From positions 512,001-576,000 of the forward strand of contig CBDFJG010000003.1 in assembly GCA_965248445.1 (NCBI GenBank): 64,000 nt of DNA. The letters run 5' to 3'. Position numbers and translations under genes: made by a program. Position 1 is the stretch's first letter. Every line of letters starts with the position of its first letter. The DNA comes from Planctomycetota bacterium. GTDB taxonomy: Bacteria; Planctomycetota; JAJSAM01; JAJVHW01. Below the pieces are notes generated by a model, which saw only the letters and a list, made by a program, of their open reading frames with translations, searched no databases and was not told the DNA's origin. Below are positions 29,442 through 38,853 of the stretch, one piece after another.

Positions 29442-30492
29442 AGAGAACCCGAACCATCGGCGTCATGTCGGCGTGGCCGTCGTGGGCTGCGGGAACTGGG
29501 GCAAGAACCTGGTCCGCACCTTCCACAACCTGCCGGAGAGCGATCTGCGCCACGTCTGCGACCTGGACGACGGCCGGCTCGCGCGGATGCGTGGCGCGTT
29601 CCCCGGGATCAGTGCGACGAAGGACCTCGACGCCGTCCTCCACGACGAGACCGTGGAGGCGGTGGTGATCGGTGCGTCGGCGACGGCGCACAAGCCGCTC
29701 GCGATGAAGGCGTTGCAGGCGGGCAAGCACACGTACGTCGAGAAGCCGCTCGCGCTCTCGGTCAAGGACTCCGAGGAGATCGTCGCCGAGGCGGAGAGCC
29801 GCGGTCTCACGCTGATGGTGGGACACCTGCTGCTGTACCATCCGGCCGTTCTCTTCCTGCGCGCCATGATCGACAACGGTGAGCTGGGCCAGCTGTACTA
29901 CCTGTACAGCCAGCGTGTGAACCTGGGTGTGGTGCGCCAGGACGAGAACGCCCTCTGGTCGTTCGGACCGCACGACATCTCGGTCATGAACTTCCTCATG
30001 GGCAGCGCACCCGAGTCCGTGGCCGCGCGCGGACAGGCCTATCTGCAGAAGGGCGTGCAGGACGTGGTGTTCGTGAACCTGCGCTATCCGGGCGGCCGCA
30101 TGGGGCAGATCCAGCTCTCGTGGCTGGACCCGCACAAGCTCCGCCGCATGACACTCGTAGGGAGCCGGAAGATGGCGGTGTTCGACGACATGAGCCCCGG
30201 CGAGAAGATCCGCATCTACGACAAGGGTGCGCAGCTCTCGCAGGAGTACACGACGTTCGGCGAGTACATGGGCCTGCGCCACGGCGATATCGCGATCCCG
30301 CGACTCGAGTCGGTGGAGCCGCTGGCTGAGGAGGGCAGGCACTTCCTGTCGTGCATCCTGAACGGACAGACACCGCGTACCGACGGACGTGAAGGGCTCG
30401 ACGTCGTGCGCGTCCTCGAAGCCGCGACGCGGTCTCTCGAGCGCGACGGTGCACCCGTCGACGTGGCCCGCCCGACCGTCGCCACCATCTGA
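29434..30492 (+). CDS. Gfo/Idh/MocA oxidoreductase (WbpB/WlbA-like nucleotide-sugar 3-dehydrogenase)
   Basis: GCGNWG, EKP, MVGH, SFGPHD; adjacent to a DegT aminotransferase. Confidence 0.85.
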   Translation: MSEENPNHRRHVGVAVVGCGNWGKNLVRTFHNLPESDLRHVCDLDDGRLARMRGAFPGISATKDLDAVLHDETVEAVVIGASATAHKPLAMKALQAGKHTYVEKPLALSVKDSEEIVAEAESRGLTLMVGHLLLYHPAVLFLRAMIDNGELGQLYYLYSQRVNLGVVRQDENALWSFGPHDISVMNFLMGSAPESVAARGQAYLQKGVQDVVFVNLRYPGGRMGQIQLSWLDPHKLRRMTLVGSRKMAVFDDMSPGEKIRIYDKGAQLSQEYTTFGEYMGLRHGDIAIPRLESVEPLAEEGRHFLSCILNGQTPRTDGREGLDVVRVLEAATRSLERDGAPVDVARPTVATI

Positions 30493-30568
30493 AGAAGCTG
30501 AGCGGGGGAGTCCTCCGTCGCAGAGACTCGCCCGAGACACACCGGTCCCCGGGGGGAGTAGACCAGCG

Positions 30569-31675
30569 ATGCAGGTTCCGTTGCTCGATCTCAAGCGACA
30601 GTGGAAGGGCCTTCGCACGGATGCCATGGCGGCCGTGGCACAGGTCCTGGACGAACAGGCGTGCATCCTCGGGCCGCACGTCAAGCGCTTCGAGGAGCAG
30701 GTTGCCGAGTACTGCGGCGTGCCGCACGCGATCGGCTGCGCCAGCGGCACGGACGCGATCTTGCTCGCGCTGCGCGCTCTCGAGGTGCAGGACGGCGAAG
30801 AGGTCGTCACGACGCCTTACACGTTCTTCGCGACGGCCGGCGCCATCGTCAACGCGAAAGGGCGGCCGGTGTTCGTCGACATCGATCCGGTCACCTACAA
30901 CATCGACCCCGCCCGCATCGACGAAGCCGTCAGCGGGCGAACGCGCGTGCTGATGCCGGTCCACCTGTTCGGACAGTGCGCCGACATGGACGCGGTCAAC
31001 GCAATCGCCGCGAAGCACGGCCTCGGCGTGATCGAGGACGCCGCGCAGGCGCTCGGTTCCGAGGATCAGGGCCGCCGCGCCGGGGCGATGGGGGACATCG
31101 GCACGTTCAGCTTCTATCCGAGCAAGAACCTCGGTGGAGTGGGCGACGGCGGGATGATGTCGACGCGTAACGCAGAGCTGGCGGCGCGCCTGTCGTCGCT
31201 GCGCACGCACGGCGGGAGCAAAACCTACTATCACGCCGAAGTGGGTTGGAACAGCCGGCTGGACGCGGTGCAGGCGGCGGTGCTCGCCATCAAGCTGGTG
31301 CGCCTCGAGGAGTGGACCGAGGGCCGCCGTGCGAACGCGGCGTTCTACGACGAGGCGTTCGCGGGCATCGAAAGCGTCACGACGCCGCACGTCGCGCCCG
31401 GCAAACGACACATCTACAACCAGTACGTCCTGCGCACCGGCCGCCGCGATGACTTGAAGGCGTTCCTCGGCGAGCGCGGTGTCGGCTCGGCGATCTACTA
31501 CCCGCTGTCGCTGCACCAGCAGACGTGCTTCGAGTACCTCGGCTATCGCGAAGGCCAGTTCCCGGAATCCGAGCGCGCTGCACGTGAGACGCTCTCGATC
31601 CCCGTGAACCCGGATCTGCGATCCGACGAGAGGGAGTACGTCGCTGACCAGGTGCGTGCCTTCTACGGCGCGTAA
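30569..31675 (+). CDS. DegT/DnrJ/EryC1/StrS sugar aminotransferase (WbpE/WlbC-like)
   Basis: SGTDA, VHLFGQ, EDAAQA, SFYPSKNLG, NSRLD. Confidence 0.92.
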   Translation: MQVPLLDLKRQWKGLRTDAMAAVAQVLDEQACILGPHVKRFEEQVAEYCGVPHAIGCASGTDAILLALRALEVQDGEEVVTTPYTFFATAGAIVNAKGRPVFVDIDPVTYNIDPARIDEAVSGRTRVLMPVHLFGQCADMDAVNAIAAKHGLGVIEDAAQALGSEDQGRRAGAMGDIGTFSFYPSKNLGGVGDGGMMSTRNAELAARLSSLRTHGGSKTYYHAEVGWNSRLDAVQAAVLAIKLVRLEEWTEGRRANAAFYDEAFAGIESVTTPHVAPGKRHIYNQYVLRTGRRDDLKAFLGERGVGSAIYYPLSLHQQTCFEYLGYREGQFPESERAARETLSIPVNPDLRSDEREYVADQVRAFYGA

Positions 31676-31705
31676 CCTGGCCGGACGCCGTACCGAGAAC
31701 GTCAG

Positions 31706-32773
31706 ATGCGTGTCCTGACCGTCGTGGGGGCTCGCCCCCAGTTCGTGAAGGCAGCGCCTGTTTCGCGGGCGTTGCGCGTGCGCCATGAGGAGCGTCTTCT
31801 CCACACGGGCCAGCACTACGACGCGGCGCTCTCGGACGTCTTCTTCGTCGATCTGGCGATCCCTGCGCCCGACGTGCATCTCAAAGTCGCGGGGCTCGGA
31901 TCGGGCGCCCGCATCGCGCGGATGGTGCGCGGGATAGCAGACGAACTCCGCAGCGCCCGACCCGACGTTCTCATGGTGTACGGCGACACCGACTCGACGC
32001 TCGCAGGCGCGCTGGCCGCCCGCGAGGCGCGCGTTCCCTTGGCGCATGTGGAGGCCGGTCTGCGGAGCCACAACCTGCGCATGCCCGAGGAGATCAACCG
32101 CATCTGCTGCGATCACCTCTCCGCTCTGCTTCTCTGCCCGACCCCGTCGTCGGCGGACCAGGCGCGCCGTGAGCGTGTCTCGGGCCGCATCGACGTCGTC
32201 GGCGACGTGATGCTCGACGCGTGTCTCTTCGCCGCGAAGCGCGGACGCGAGTCGGGCGTCGCGGAGCGGCTCGGGATCGAACCCGACGGCTACTACGCAT
32301 CCACGCTGCACCGCGCGGAGAACACCGACGACGGCGAGCGGCTCCGTTCGATCGTGCGCGCGCTGGACGATCTCGATCTCCCGGTGGTCTTGCCGTGTCA
32401 CCCGCGGACGCGGGCCGCGCTCGCGCGCGAGGGACTCGCGGACGGACTGCGCGGACTTCGCCTCGTGGACCCGTTGCGCTATCCGGAGATGCTGGGGCTG
32501 GTGTCGGGTGCCCGCGCACTCCTGACGGACTCCGGCGGACTGCAGAAGGAGGCGTACTTCCTGTCCGTCCCCTGCGTGACGCTGCGGGACGAGACCGAGT
32601 GGACGGAGACCGTCGCTTCCGGCTGGAACCGGCTTGCGGGAACCGGCGAGGCGGAGATCCGCGCGGCCGTCTCCGCCGCGGCCGCTCCGGAGACGGCACC
32701 GGATCTCGACGTCTACGGCGGCGGGCAGGCCGCTGGCCGGGTCGTCTCCGCGCTCGAGCGCTCCTTCGCCTGA
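31706..32773 (+). CDS. wecB: Non-hydrolysing UDP-N-acetylglucosamine(uronate) 2-epimerase
   Basis: GARPQFVK, HTGQHYD, GDTDST, HVEAGLRS, PEEINR, DSGGLQKEA. Confidence 0.92.
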   Translation: MRVLTVVGARPQFVKAAPVSRALRVRHEERLLHTGQHYDAALSDVFFVDLAIPAPDVHLKVAGLGSGARIARMVRGIADELRSARPDVLMVYGDTDSTLAGALAAREARVPLAHVEAGLRSHNLRMPEEINRICCDHLSALLLCPTPSSADQARRERVSGRIDVVGDVMLDACLFAAKRGRESGVAERLGIEPDGYYASTLHRAENTDDGERLRSIVRALDDLDLPVVLPCHPRTRAALAREGLADGLRGLRLVDPLRYPEMLGLVSGARALLTDSGGLQKEAYFLSVPCVTLRDETEWTETVASGWNRLAGTGEAEIRAAVSAAAAPETAPDLDVYGGGQAAGRVVSALERSFA

Positions 32774-33048
32774 TCAGCCGTTCTCATTCTGAGGCGGGAT
32801 GAACCGGCGGTTGTCCGAGCGCAACGAACGCAGCACGCCGCCGTCCAGCGATTTCGACTCCAAGTCGTGCGGGATCGTGACGCCGCGCAGACGTGGCGAA
32901 CGCGGCGGGCCGGGCGCCGCCTCGCGCGAGCCGAAGACGGGCTTCACAGCCTCGGCGGCGGACCCCTCCGACGTTCGGCAAGCGGTTCGCGTGGAGTACT
33001 GCATGAAGGGAACCCGTGTGTCGACCGATTTTATCGCCAATTTGACAA

Positions 33049-33064
33049 TGGCGCGGTGCCTGCA
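33049..33064 (+). promoter_or_regulatory. Sigma54 promoter motif upstream of the ligase gene
   Basis: TGGCGCG-GTGC-CTGCA, GG-N10-GC, 70 bp before ATG 33135; AT-rich tract GATTTTATCGCCAATTTGACAA immediately upstream. Confidence 0.62.
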
Positions 33065-33134
33065 GCCTCGGCTGCCGGTTCTCGGGGCGACGCCCGGCAC
33101 AGCTGCACGCAGGACTCTCGGGGAGACCCTCTAG

Positions 33135-34493
33135 ATGGACCTCGGCACCCGCGACATCATCCTCGGACTGGCGGTCCTCGCATCGCTCCCGCTGAGCGTG
33201 ATCCGCCCGTTCTTCGGACTGCTCGTGTTCTCGTGGCTTGCGTACATGCGCCCGGCCGACATGACCTGGCACGTCGGTGAGTTCCACCCGTCTCTCTGGG
33301 TCGGCCTCGCGACGGTCATCGGTGTGGCCATCAACCCGGCCGAGCGGTTCTTCGTGCTGGAGAAGCGGACTGTGCTGCTCGGGCTGTTCGTGGCCGCAGT
33401 CGCGGCATCCGCACTCGCGGCCATCGATCCGCAAGTCGCCTTGAGCCCCTCAGGCAACGTCCTGATTCTCGCGAAGGCGGTGTTCATCGCCATTCTGACG
33501 ACCGGGCTCGTCAACTCCGCAGACCGCGCGCGCTGGCTGCTGCTCGTCATCGCCGGCAGTCTCGGTCTCCTGGCGCTGAAGACGTTCGCGCAAGGCTTGA
33601 CGTCACCCGGCATCGTGTACCACGGGCCCGGCGGCATGATCGCCGACAACAACGACTACGGGCTGGCGCTCGTGATGACGCTGCCGCTCCTCGTCTTCCT
33701 GTGGAGGGGAGAGAGAGGACCGTTCCTCAAGGTCGTGCTCGCGCTGATGTCCGTCGCGTGCGTCGCAGGCGTCCTGCTCACCCGCTCGCGCGGTGGAGTC
33801 GTCGCGCTAGGCGTGCTGTGGCTCGCAACGATGATCCTGATGCGCAAGGACTGGCGTGTGCTGGTTGCCGGGCCCGTTGCTCTCGCGGGCGTGCTGCTGC
33901 TGGTGCCGGCCGAGCTCTTCGAGCGGTTCCGGGCACTGATGGGCGGTGGCGCACTCGACGAGTCGGCGGCGCTGCGTCTGGTCGCCTGGGAGAAGGCTTG
34001 GAACATGTTCCAGGTCCACCCCCTGATGGGCGTAGGACCCGCGAACTTCACCCAGCAGTGGGGGAACTACGCGCCGTACGCCGACTTCGACCCGATCACG
34101 CCTCACAACACGTACTTGCACGTCCTCGCGGAGTCCGGCGCCGTGTCGCTGGCGCTGTTCGCCGCCGTGTTCGTTGTCACTCTCGTGTGCCTGGCCCGTT
34201 TGCGGGCGCGTGCGACGGAGCCTTGGCGCAGGCATTACGCGACTGCGGTGCTGCTCTCGCTCGTGGCGTTCGCCGCGGGCGCCGTGTTCCTGTCGCGCGT
34301 GTCGTTCGACCTGTTCTATCACCTGATCGGACTCTCGGTGGCGCTGGGCGTGGCGAGCACCGAGGGTCAGTTCGACTGGTTCGGCATGCGCCGAGCCGGG
34401 CGGTCTCTCCGCCCTGCCGCGGAAGCCGAACTTCCGCCGGTCGGCGCGCCCTACGGGCGCCAACACCGAGAATCCGCTGAAGGAGCGTTGTGA
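33135..34493 (+). CDS. Putative O-glycosylation ligase (Wzy_C family, exosortase-associated type)
   Basis: RPFFGLLVFSWLAYMRP, GPGGMIADNND, TRSRGG, GVGPANF, PHNTYL. Confidence 0.85.
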   Translation: MDLGTRDIILGLAVLASLPLSVIRPFFGLLVFSWLAYMRPADMTWHVGEFHPSLWVGLATVIGVAINPAERFFVLEKRTVLLGLFVAAVAASALAAIDPQVALSPSGNVLILAKAVFIAILTTGLVNSADRARWLLLVIAGSLGLLALKTFAQGLTSPGIVYHGPGGMIADNNDYGLALVMTLPLLVFLWRGERGPFLKVVLALMSVACVAGVLLTRSRGGVVALGVLWLATMILMRKDWRVLVAGPVALAGVLLLVPAELFERFRALMGGGALDESAALRLVAWEKAWNMFQVHPLMGVGPANFTQQWGNYAPYADFDPITPHNTYLHVLAESGAVSLALFAAVFVVTLVCLARLRARATEPWRRHYATAVLLSLVAFAAGAVFLSRVSFDLFYHLIGLSVALGVASTEGQFDWFGMRRAGRSLRPAAEAELPPVGAPYGRQHRESAEGAL

Positions 34494-37400
34494 TGTCGAA
34501 GACCGTCCGTCTCGTCACCGCCTTGTCTGTGCTGGCTTCCGCGTTCGCGGTTCCCGCATCCGCGCAGGAGGCCCCCGAGCAGTTCGTCCGCACGCGCCTC
34601 ACGGTGCTCGGAGCACCGGGTGCTTCACCCGGTGGCATGGTCACCGGCGGCATCCCGTTCCCGTCCGACCTCGGCGTCACCGACGTGGAGGACATCGGAC
34701 TCTGGGTCGACCGCACGTCCCGCCGCGCCGACTGGGACGAGGTACCGGTGCAGTGGAAGGTGCTCTCCCGATGGGGAGGCCGGCCGACTGACCGCGACCG
34801 CCCGATTCGCTGGGCACTCGCTACGTTCCCCGGCTCGCCGGGCGGCCGTTACACGCTGACCTCTGGCGGCGGCATGGGCACAGCCGACATGCGGCCTGCA
34901 CTCGCCACGGCCGGACGTGACTCCATTACGGTGAACACTGGACGCATCTCGTTCACCGTGCCGAAGGACCGCTTCGCTCCGCTGTCGGGATTGACCGTGA
35001 AGATGGGTGGCGAGTCGTACGAGCCGTTCCGCGGACAGGGACTCGACGTGACGATGGTCAACGTCGAGAAGACGGATCCGAAGGGCGCCGGTACCGCGAC
35101 GCGCGACGTCACATACCGCCTCTCCGACGCGCCCGCGGATGCGGTGACGCTCGAGCAGAACGGGCCGCTTCGCGCCGTGGTGCGGATGAGCGGGCGCTTC
35201 GTCGACAGCGCGGGCGATCCGCTGCTCAAGGGGTTCATCGGTTACACGATTCGTCTGGTCGCGGATGCGGGCAGCGACTCAGTGCGGCTGTTCTTCACCC
35301 TCGAGAACAACGGCCAGTACGGCCCGTCTTCCGAGCCGCTGGTCACGATGAGCGACCCGAAGTGGCTGCACATCCGCAAGCTCGAACTCACTCTCCCGAC
35401 CGGTCTGACCGGCGACCTCGTCGGCATCACCCGCGAGGGCGCGTACGAGCTCGCGTCGGGCGGAGCGGGCCCGGACTTCCGATTGCTTCAGTTGCACGAA
35501 GTTCGCGTTCCCGACGACGAGTCGCAGAACTTCCGTTTCACCGTCCAGACCGGCGGGCGTTCGATCGCATCGGGAGATCGCAGCAACGGCGGTCTCGCTC
35601 TGGCGCGGGTCACCGAGCGCGCTGGAGACGGCTCGCCCGCGATCGGCGACGCGGTGATGGTGGCGATGCGCCACTTCTGGCAGAACTACCCGAAGGCGAT
35701 CTCGCTCGACGCGGGCAAGCTCCGCTTCGAGCTGTTCCCGCAGGAACCGGGCGAGAAGTGGCCGCATGACGACGGCGACCTTGCCGACGTCTGGGGCGAC
35801 GCCTACCAGTTCGAAGGCGGGCGGCACAAGACGCACGAACTCCTGCTTGCGTTCCCGGGCCGCCGAGCGACGTCCGACGATGTGGCCGCCCGCGAAGCGA
35901 GGCTGCAGTCGCCTCCGGCGCTGCGCTTGGATCCTGTCTGGGTGGACCGGTGCGGCGTCATGGGAGCGCTCGGACCTGTCGATCTGAACGTCCGGAACGC
36001 CGATCTGAGCAACGCAGTCCGGCACTTCGCGCGCATGCAAGCGGGGCAGGTCGATGCGCAGTTCAGCGACCCGCAGTGTGGTGGAAGCGTCCCGCCGGCC
36101 TCACTCGTGACGCAGCGAGAGATGCGTGGCAGTGCCCTAAAGTCCATGGCCTACGGCCTCGACTCGTACGGCTTCATGAACTTCGGCGACGTGACGTGGG
36201 CCGGCGGCTACAGCTCGGGGCACTACGACTGGATCCGCGGCCTGCTCACGAACTACGTGCGCTTCGGGCGTCGCGAGTTCCTCGACGTGGGCGTCGAGAT
36301 GATGCGCCACCGATATGACATCGACCAGTTCCACGGGCGCGAGCGACTGGACCCCAGCTGGAGCTGGTTCAACGGCTTCCAGCGTTCAGAGTCCGGCCAT
36401 CACGGCGCGTACTCGGCGGACTTCTACGACGGTCACGAACAGTCGCCCACGCCGGAGGCCACTTGGCTCGAGGGGCTTCTCACCGGCTATGCCCTGACCG
36501 GTGACGAGCGCGCGTTCGAGACGGCTCGCGAGAACGCCGAGGCGTTCGTCAACTACTACACGCATGGAAGCAATCGACTGGATCCGCGGGTGCGCCGGCC
36601 GCTGGAGTACCTCGGGCAGCTCGAGGGGTTCGCCGGTGCCACTGGGGAGCTGCTCGCGTTCTACGAGTTCACGGGCGAGAAGAAGTATGCCGACGCCGCG
36701 GAGCTGATCTTCGAGGACGGCATCCTCTTCGCCGAGGAACTCGTCGGAAGCGAGGGTCTGTTCGAAGTCGAAGGCGAGCCCCGGCAGCTGTTCCCCATGC
36801 TCCGCCTCCTGCAGCCGCTCATGCGGATGCACCAAGTGCGGCAGGACGACCGCGCGCTCGCACTCCTGCTCCGCATCCTGAACTGGGTGCAGACGAAGGG
36901 CTACGCGGGCACCGGTGTCACGGTCGAGGGCGGTTACGTGCCCCTTCAGCTGCCCTACAGCTGGGTGCACGACGGTACGGGTGAGAACGACGAGAACCGT
37001 TTCGTTCCGTATGACTTCCTGACGTGTGACGCGTTCGCGTACGCCTTCGCCACGACCGGTGAGGAGAGTTATCTCGCCTTCGCGCGACGTCTGTTCCGCG
37101 ACAGCGTGCTCTTCTGCCAGACGGCGGAAGGGACCCCGGTCTCGGCGGACTTCTACGGTTCCGTCTCGTATCTCTTCCCCGAGCATCTCGGCGCGGAGAC
37201 GAGGATCGGTGCGTGGCTGCTGAACGGCCACAACAGGTACCTGTCGGTGGAGCGGGAGTTCCTGCGGCGCAACCCGGGACAGGCGATCGATCTCGATCTC
37301 GACGGCTTCTTCACCGGGTTCGGGGAGGAGCAGGGCGGGATCGGCCGGCAGGGCGGCAACGACGCATTCGTCGGCGGCAGCGTCACGACGTCGGAAGGCA

Positions 37401-38092
37401 CTTGCAGTGCAGCCGAGATGCGCGTGACGTTTGTCGCGCGTCGCACGCCGGTGGTCGATCCGATGCCGGGTCCGCCGCCTGTGTACGTTGCGCCGGTGCC
37501 GGGGGTCGAGGTCGCCGCCACGCGCTTCACGCCGCCGGTCACGGCGACCGTCGTGCCAGACATGGCGTGTGATCCCGCGCCCTCCGAGTCAGTCCGTGAG
37601 GTGCGAGTGTCACCTCAGGTGGCGGACGTGCGGGTGGCACCCCCGGTCGCCGCGCCGACCCGCGTCACGCGACAGCCGGTGGAAACCCGCCCGACGATCC
37701 TCGTGGAGGACACCGAAGCGAGCCTCGCCGGAGCATGGTCCGAGACGGTCGAAGAGACCGCACACGGCGGAAGCCAACGGGTCGCACGGGACCCCGAGGC
37801 CGCGGCTGCGGCGACGTTCCGTGTCGCCGGAGCGGCGTCGGGCGCCTACCGGCTCTGGCTCTACTGGGGCCGCGAGAGCGGCGCCGCACGGTCTGCACGC
37901 GTGCGGGTTCGTGACGTCGACGGGATCACCGACGTGACTCTCGATCAGACGCGCATCGCGGGCCGCTGGCGACTCCTGGGTGAGTTCAGCATCGAGAAGG
38001 ACACGACGTTCGCGGTGACCCTCTCGAACGAGAACTCCGGCGGCGCAGTGGTCGCGGATGCGATCAAGCTGGAGCCGGTCAGCGCACGCTGA
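34490..38092 (+). CDS. Large secreted protein, PcRGLX/YetA-like polysaccharide lyase-type fold, with Pro/Val linker and C-terminal golvesin/xanthan-lyase-CBD-like domain
   Basis: Signal peptide (ASA-Q), VTGGIPFP..VPVQWKVLSRW..IRWA, LEQNGPLRAVV, RHFWQNYPKA, YGFMNFGD..W, terminal VVADAIKLE. Confidence 0.6.
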   Translation: MMSKTVRLVTALSVLASAFAVPASAQEAPEQFVRTRLTVLGAPGASPGGMVTGGIPFPSDLGVTDVEDIGLWVDRTSRRADWDEVPVQWKVLSRWGGRPTDRDRPIRWALATFPGSPGGRYTLTSGGGMGTADMRPALATAGRDSITVNTGRISFTVPKDRFAPLSGLTVKMGGESYEPFRGQGLDVTMVNVEKTDPKGAGTATRDVTYRLSDAPADAVTLEQNGPLRAVVRMSGRFVDSAGDPLLKGFIGYTIRLVADAGSDSVRLFFTLENNGQYGPSSEPLVTMSDPKWLHIRKLELTLPTGLTGDLVGITREGAYELASGGAGPDFRLLQLHEVRVPDDESQNFRFTVQTGGRSIASGDRSNGGLALARVTERAGDGSPAIGDAVMVAMRHFWQNYPKAISLDAGKLRFELFPQEPGEKWPHDDGDLADVWGDAYQFEGGRHKTHELLLAFPGRRATSDDVAAREARLQSPPALRLDPVWVDRCGVMGALGPVDLNVRNADLSNAVRHFARMQAGQVDAQFSDPQCGGSVPPASLVTQREMRGSALKSMAYGLDSYGFMNFGDVTWAGGYSSGHYDWIRGLLTNYVRFGRREFLDVGVEMMRHRYDIDQFHGRERLDPSWSWFNGFQRSESGHHGAYSADFYDGHEQSPTPEATWLEGLLTGYALTGDERAFETARENAEAFVNYYTHGSNRLDPRVRRPLEYLGQLEGFAGATGELLAFYEFTGEKKYADAAELIFEDGILFAEELVGSEGLFEVEGEPRQLFPMLRLLQPLMRMHQVRQDDRALALLLRILNWVQTKGYAGTGVTVEGGYVPLQLPYSWVHDGTGENDENRFVPYDFLTCDAFAYAFATTGEESYLAFARRLFRDSVLFCQTAEGTPVSADFYGSVSYLFPEHLGAETRIGAWLLNGHNRYLSVEREFLRRNPGQAIDLDLDGFFTGFGEEQGGIGRQGGNDAFVGGSVTTSEGTCSAAEMRVTFVARRTPVVDPMPGPPPVYVAPVPGVEVAATRFTPPVTATVVPDMACDPAPSESVREVRVSPQVADVRVAPPVAAPTRVTRQPVETRPTILVEDTEASLAGAWSETVEETAHGGSQRVARDPEAAAAATFRVAGAASGAYRLWLYWGRESGAARSARVRVRDVDGITDVTLDQTRIAGRWRLLGEFSIEKDTTFAVTLSNENSGGAVVADAIKLEPVSAR

Positions 38093-38403
38093 GCGTCCTC
38101 GCCCGGCACTCTGCGGCACCTCTGCGGCACTTCGCGGGGGCCCGGGCACCTCCCGCCGCCGCGCCTCTCCAGTGGGCTCCCCGGGCCGCTCCGTCGCTGC
38201 GACCGTCCCCGTTGGTTTGGCTGACGGGATCTGGCTGACGGGAGGCCGCTGCCGGTCTCGTTGATCGCCCGCGACGCGGGGGTCCGGGCCTGTCGAACGA
38301 GCGAGACACCGGTCCTGATCGGCCCATGGTCTCCCGCGGTGATATGGCTCTAAATGATGGAGTGAAAAAAGCTTAGGGATATTCGGGCGCGGCCGTCCCT
38401 GAA

Positions 38404-38419
38404 GGGTACGCGCGTTGCG
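38404..38419 (+). promoter_or_regulatory. Sigma54 promoter motif upstream of the PilZ gene
   Basis: GGGTACG-CGCG-TTGCG, GG-N10-GC, about 50 bp before ATG 38472; A-rich tract at 38350-38383. Confidence 0.55.
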
Positions 38420-38471
38420 CAATGTCTCCCAGCATCCGGCGCAACTGCAGCGCCGCCACAGGAGGAACGGG

Positions 38472-38849
38472 ATGGCAACCGAGGTCGATCAGCGAGTGAA
38501 CCCACGGCTGAAGCTCTCGTATCCGATCCGCCTGTTCGTCCGTCGCGAGGACGACGCGGACCTGTCGCTCGGCCACACGGTGACGCAGAACCTCTCCGCG
38601 CGGGGAGCGTACTTCCACACCTTCCACGGCGACGCATACGAGGTCGGTCTCTCGGTCGCCGTCGAGGTGGCCGTACCGCACAAGCTCACCACAGACGCCA
38701 AGCAGATCACGCTCGACCTCCGTGGCGAGGGGCGCGTGATCCGCGTGGAGTCGCCGACGCGCCACGTCTACGGCGAGAGCGGCGTCACCCTCGCGGGTGT
38801 CGCCGTCGAGTTCGTCGAGCCCCTCTCCTTCCACTACTGCTGGATGTAA
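38472..38849 (+). CDS. Stand-alone PilZ-domain c-di-GMP receptor
   Basis: RVNPR (RxxxR) and NLSARG (D/NxSxxG), G.V.RV, GVAVEF; GGAGG RBS. Confidence 0.85.
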   Translation: MATEVDQRVNPRLKLSYPIRLFVRREDDADLSLGHTVTQNLSARGAYFHTFHGDAYEVGLSVAVEVAVPHKLTTDAKQITLDLRGEGRVIRVESPTRHVYGESGVTLAGVAVEFVEPLSFHYCWM

Positions 38850-38853
38850 TGCG

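Noticed and set aside
38104..38153. Short imperfect CGGCAC-containing tandem repeats after the lyase-like gene
   Set aside because: Three to four degenerate ~11-bp units in very GC-rich DNA, not clearly above chance
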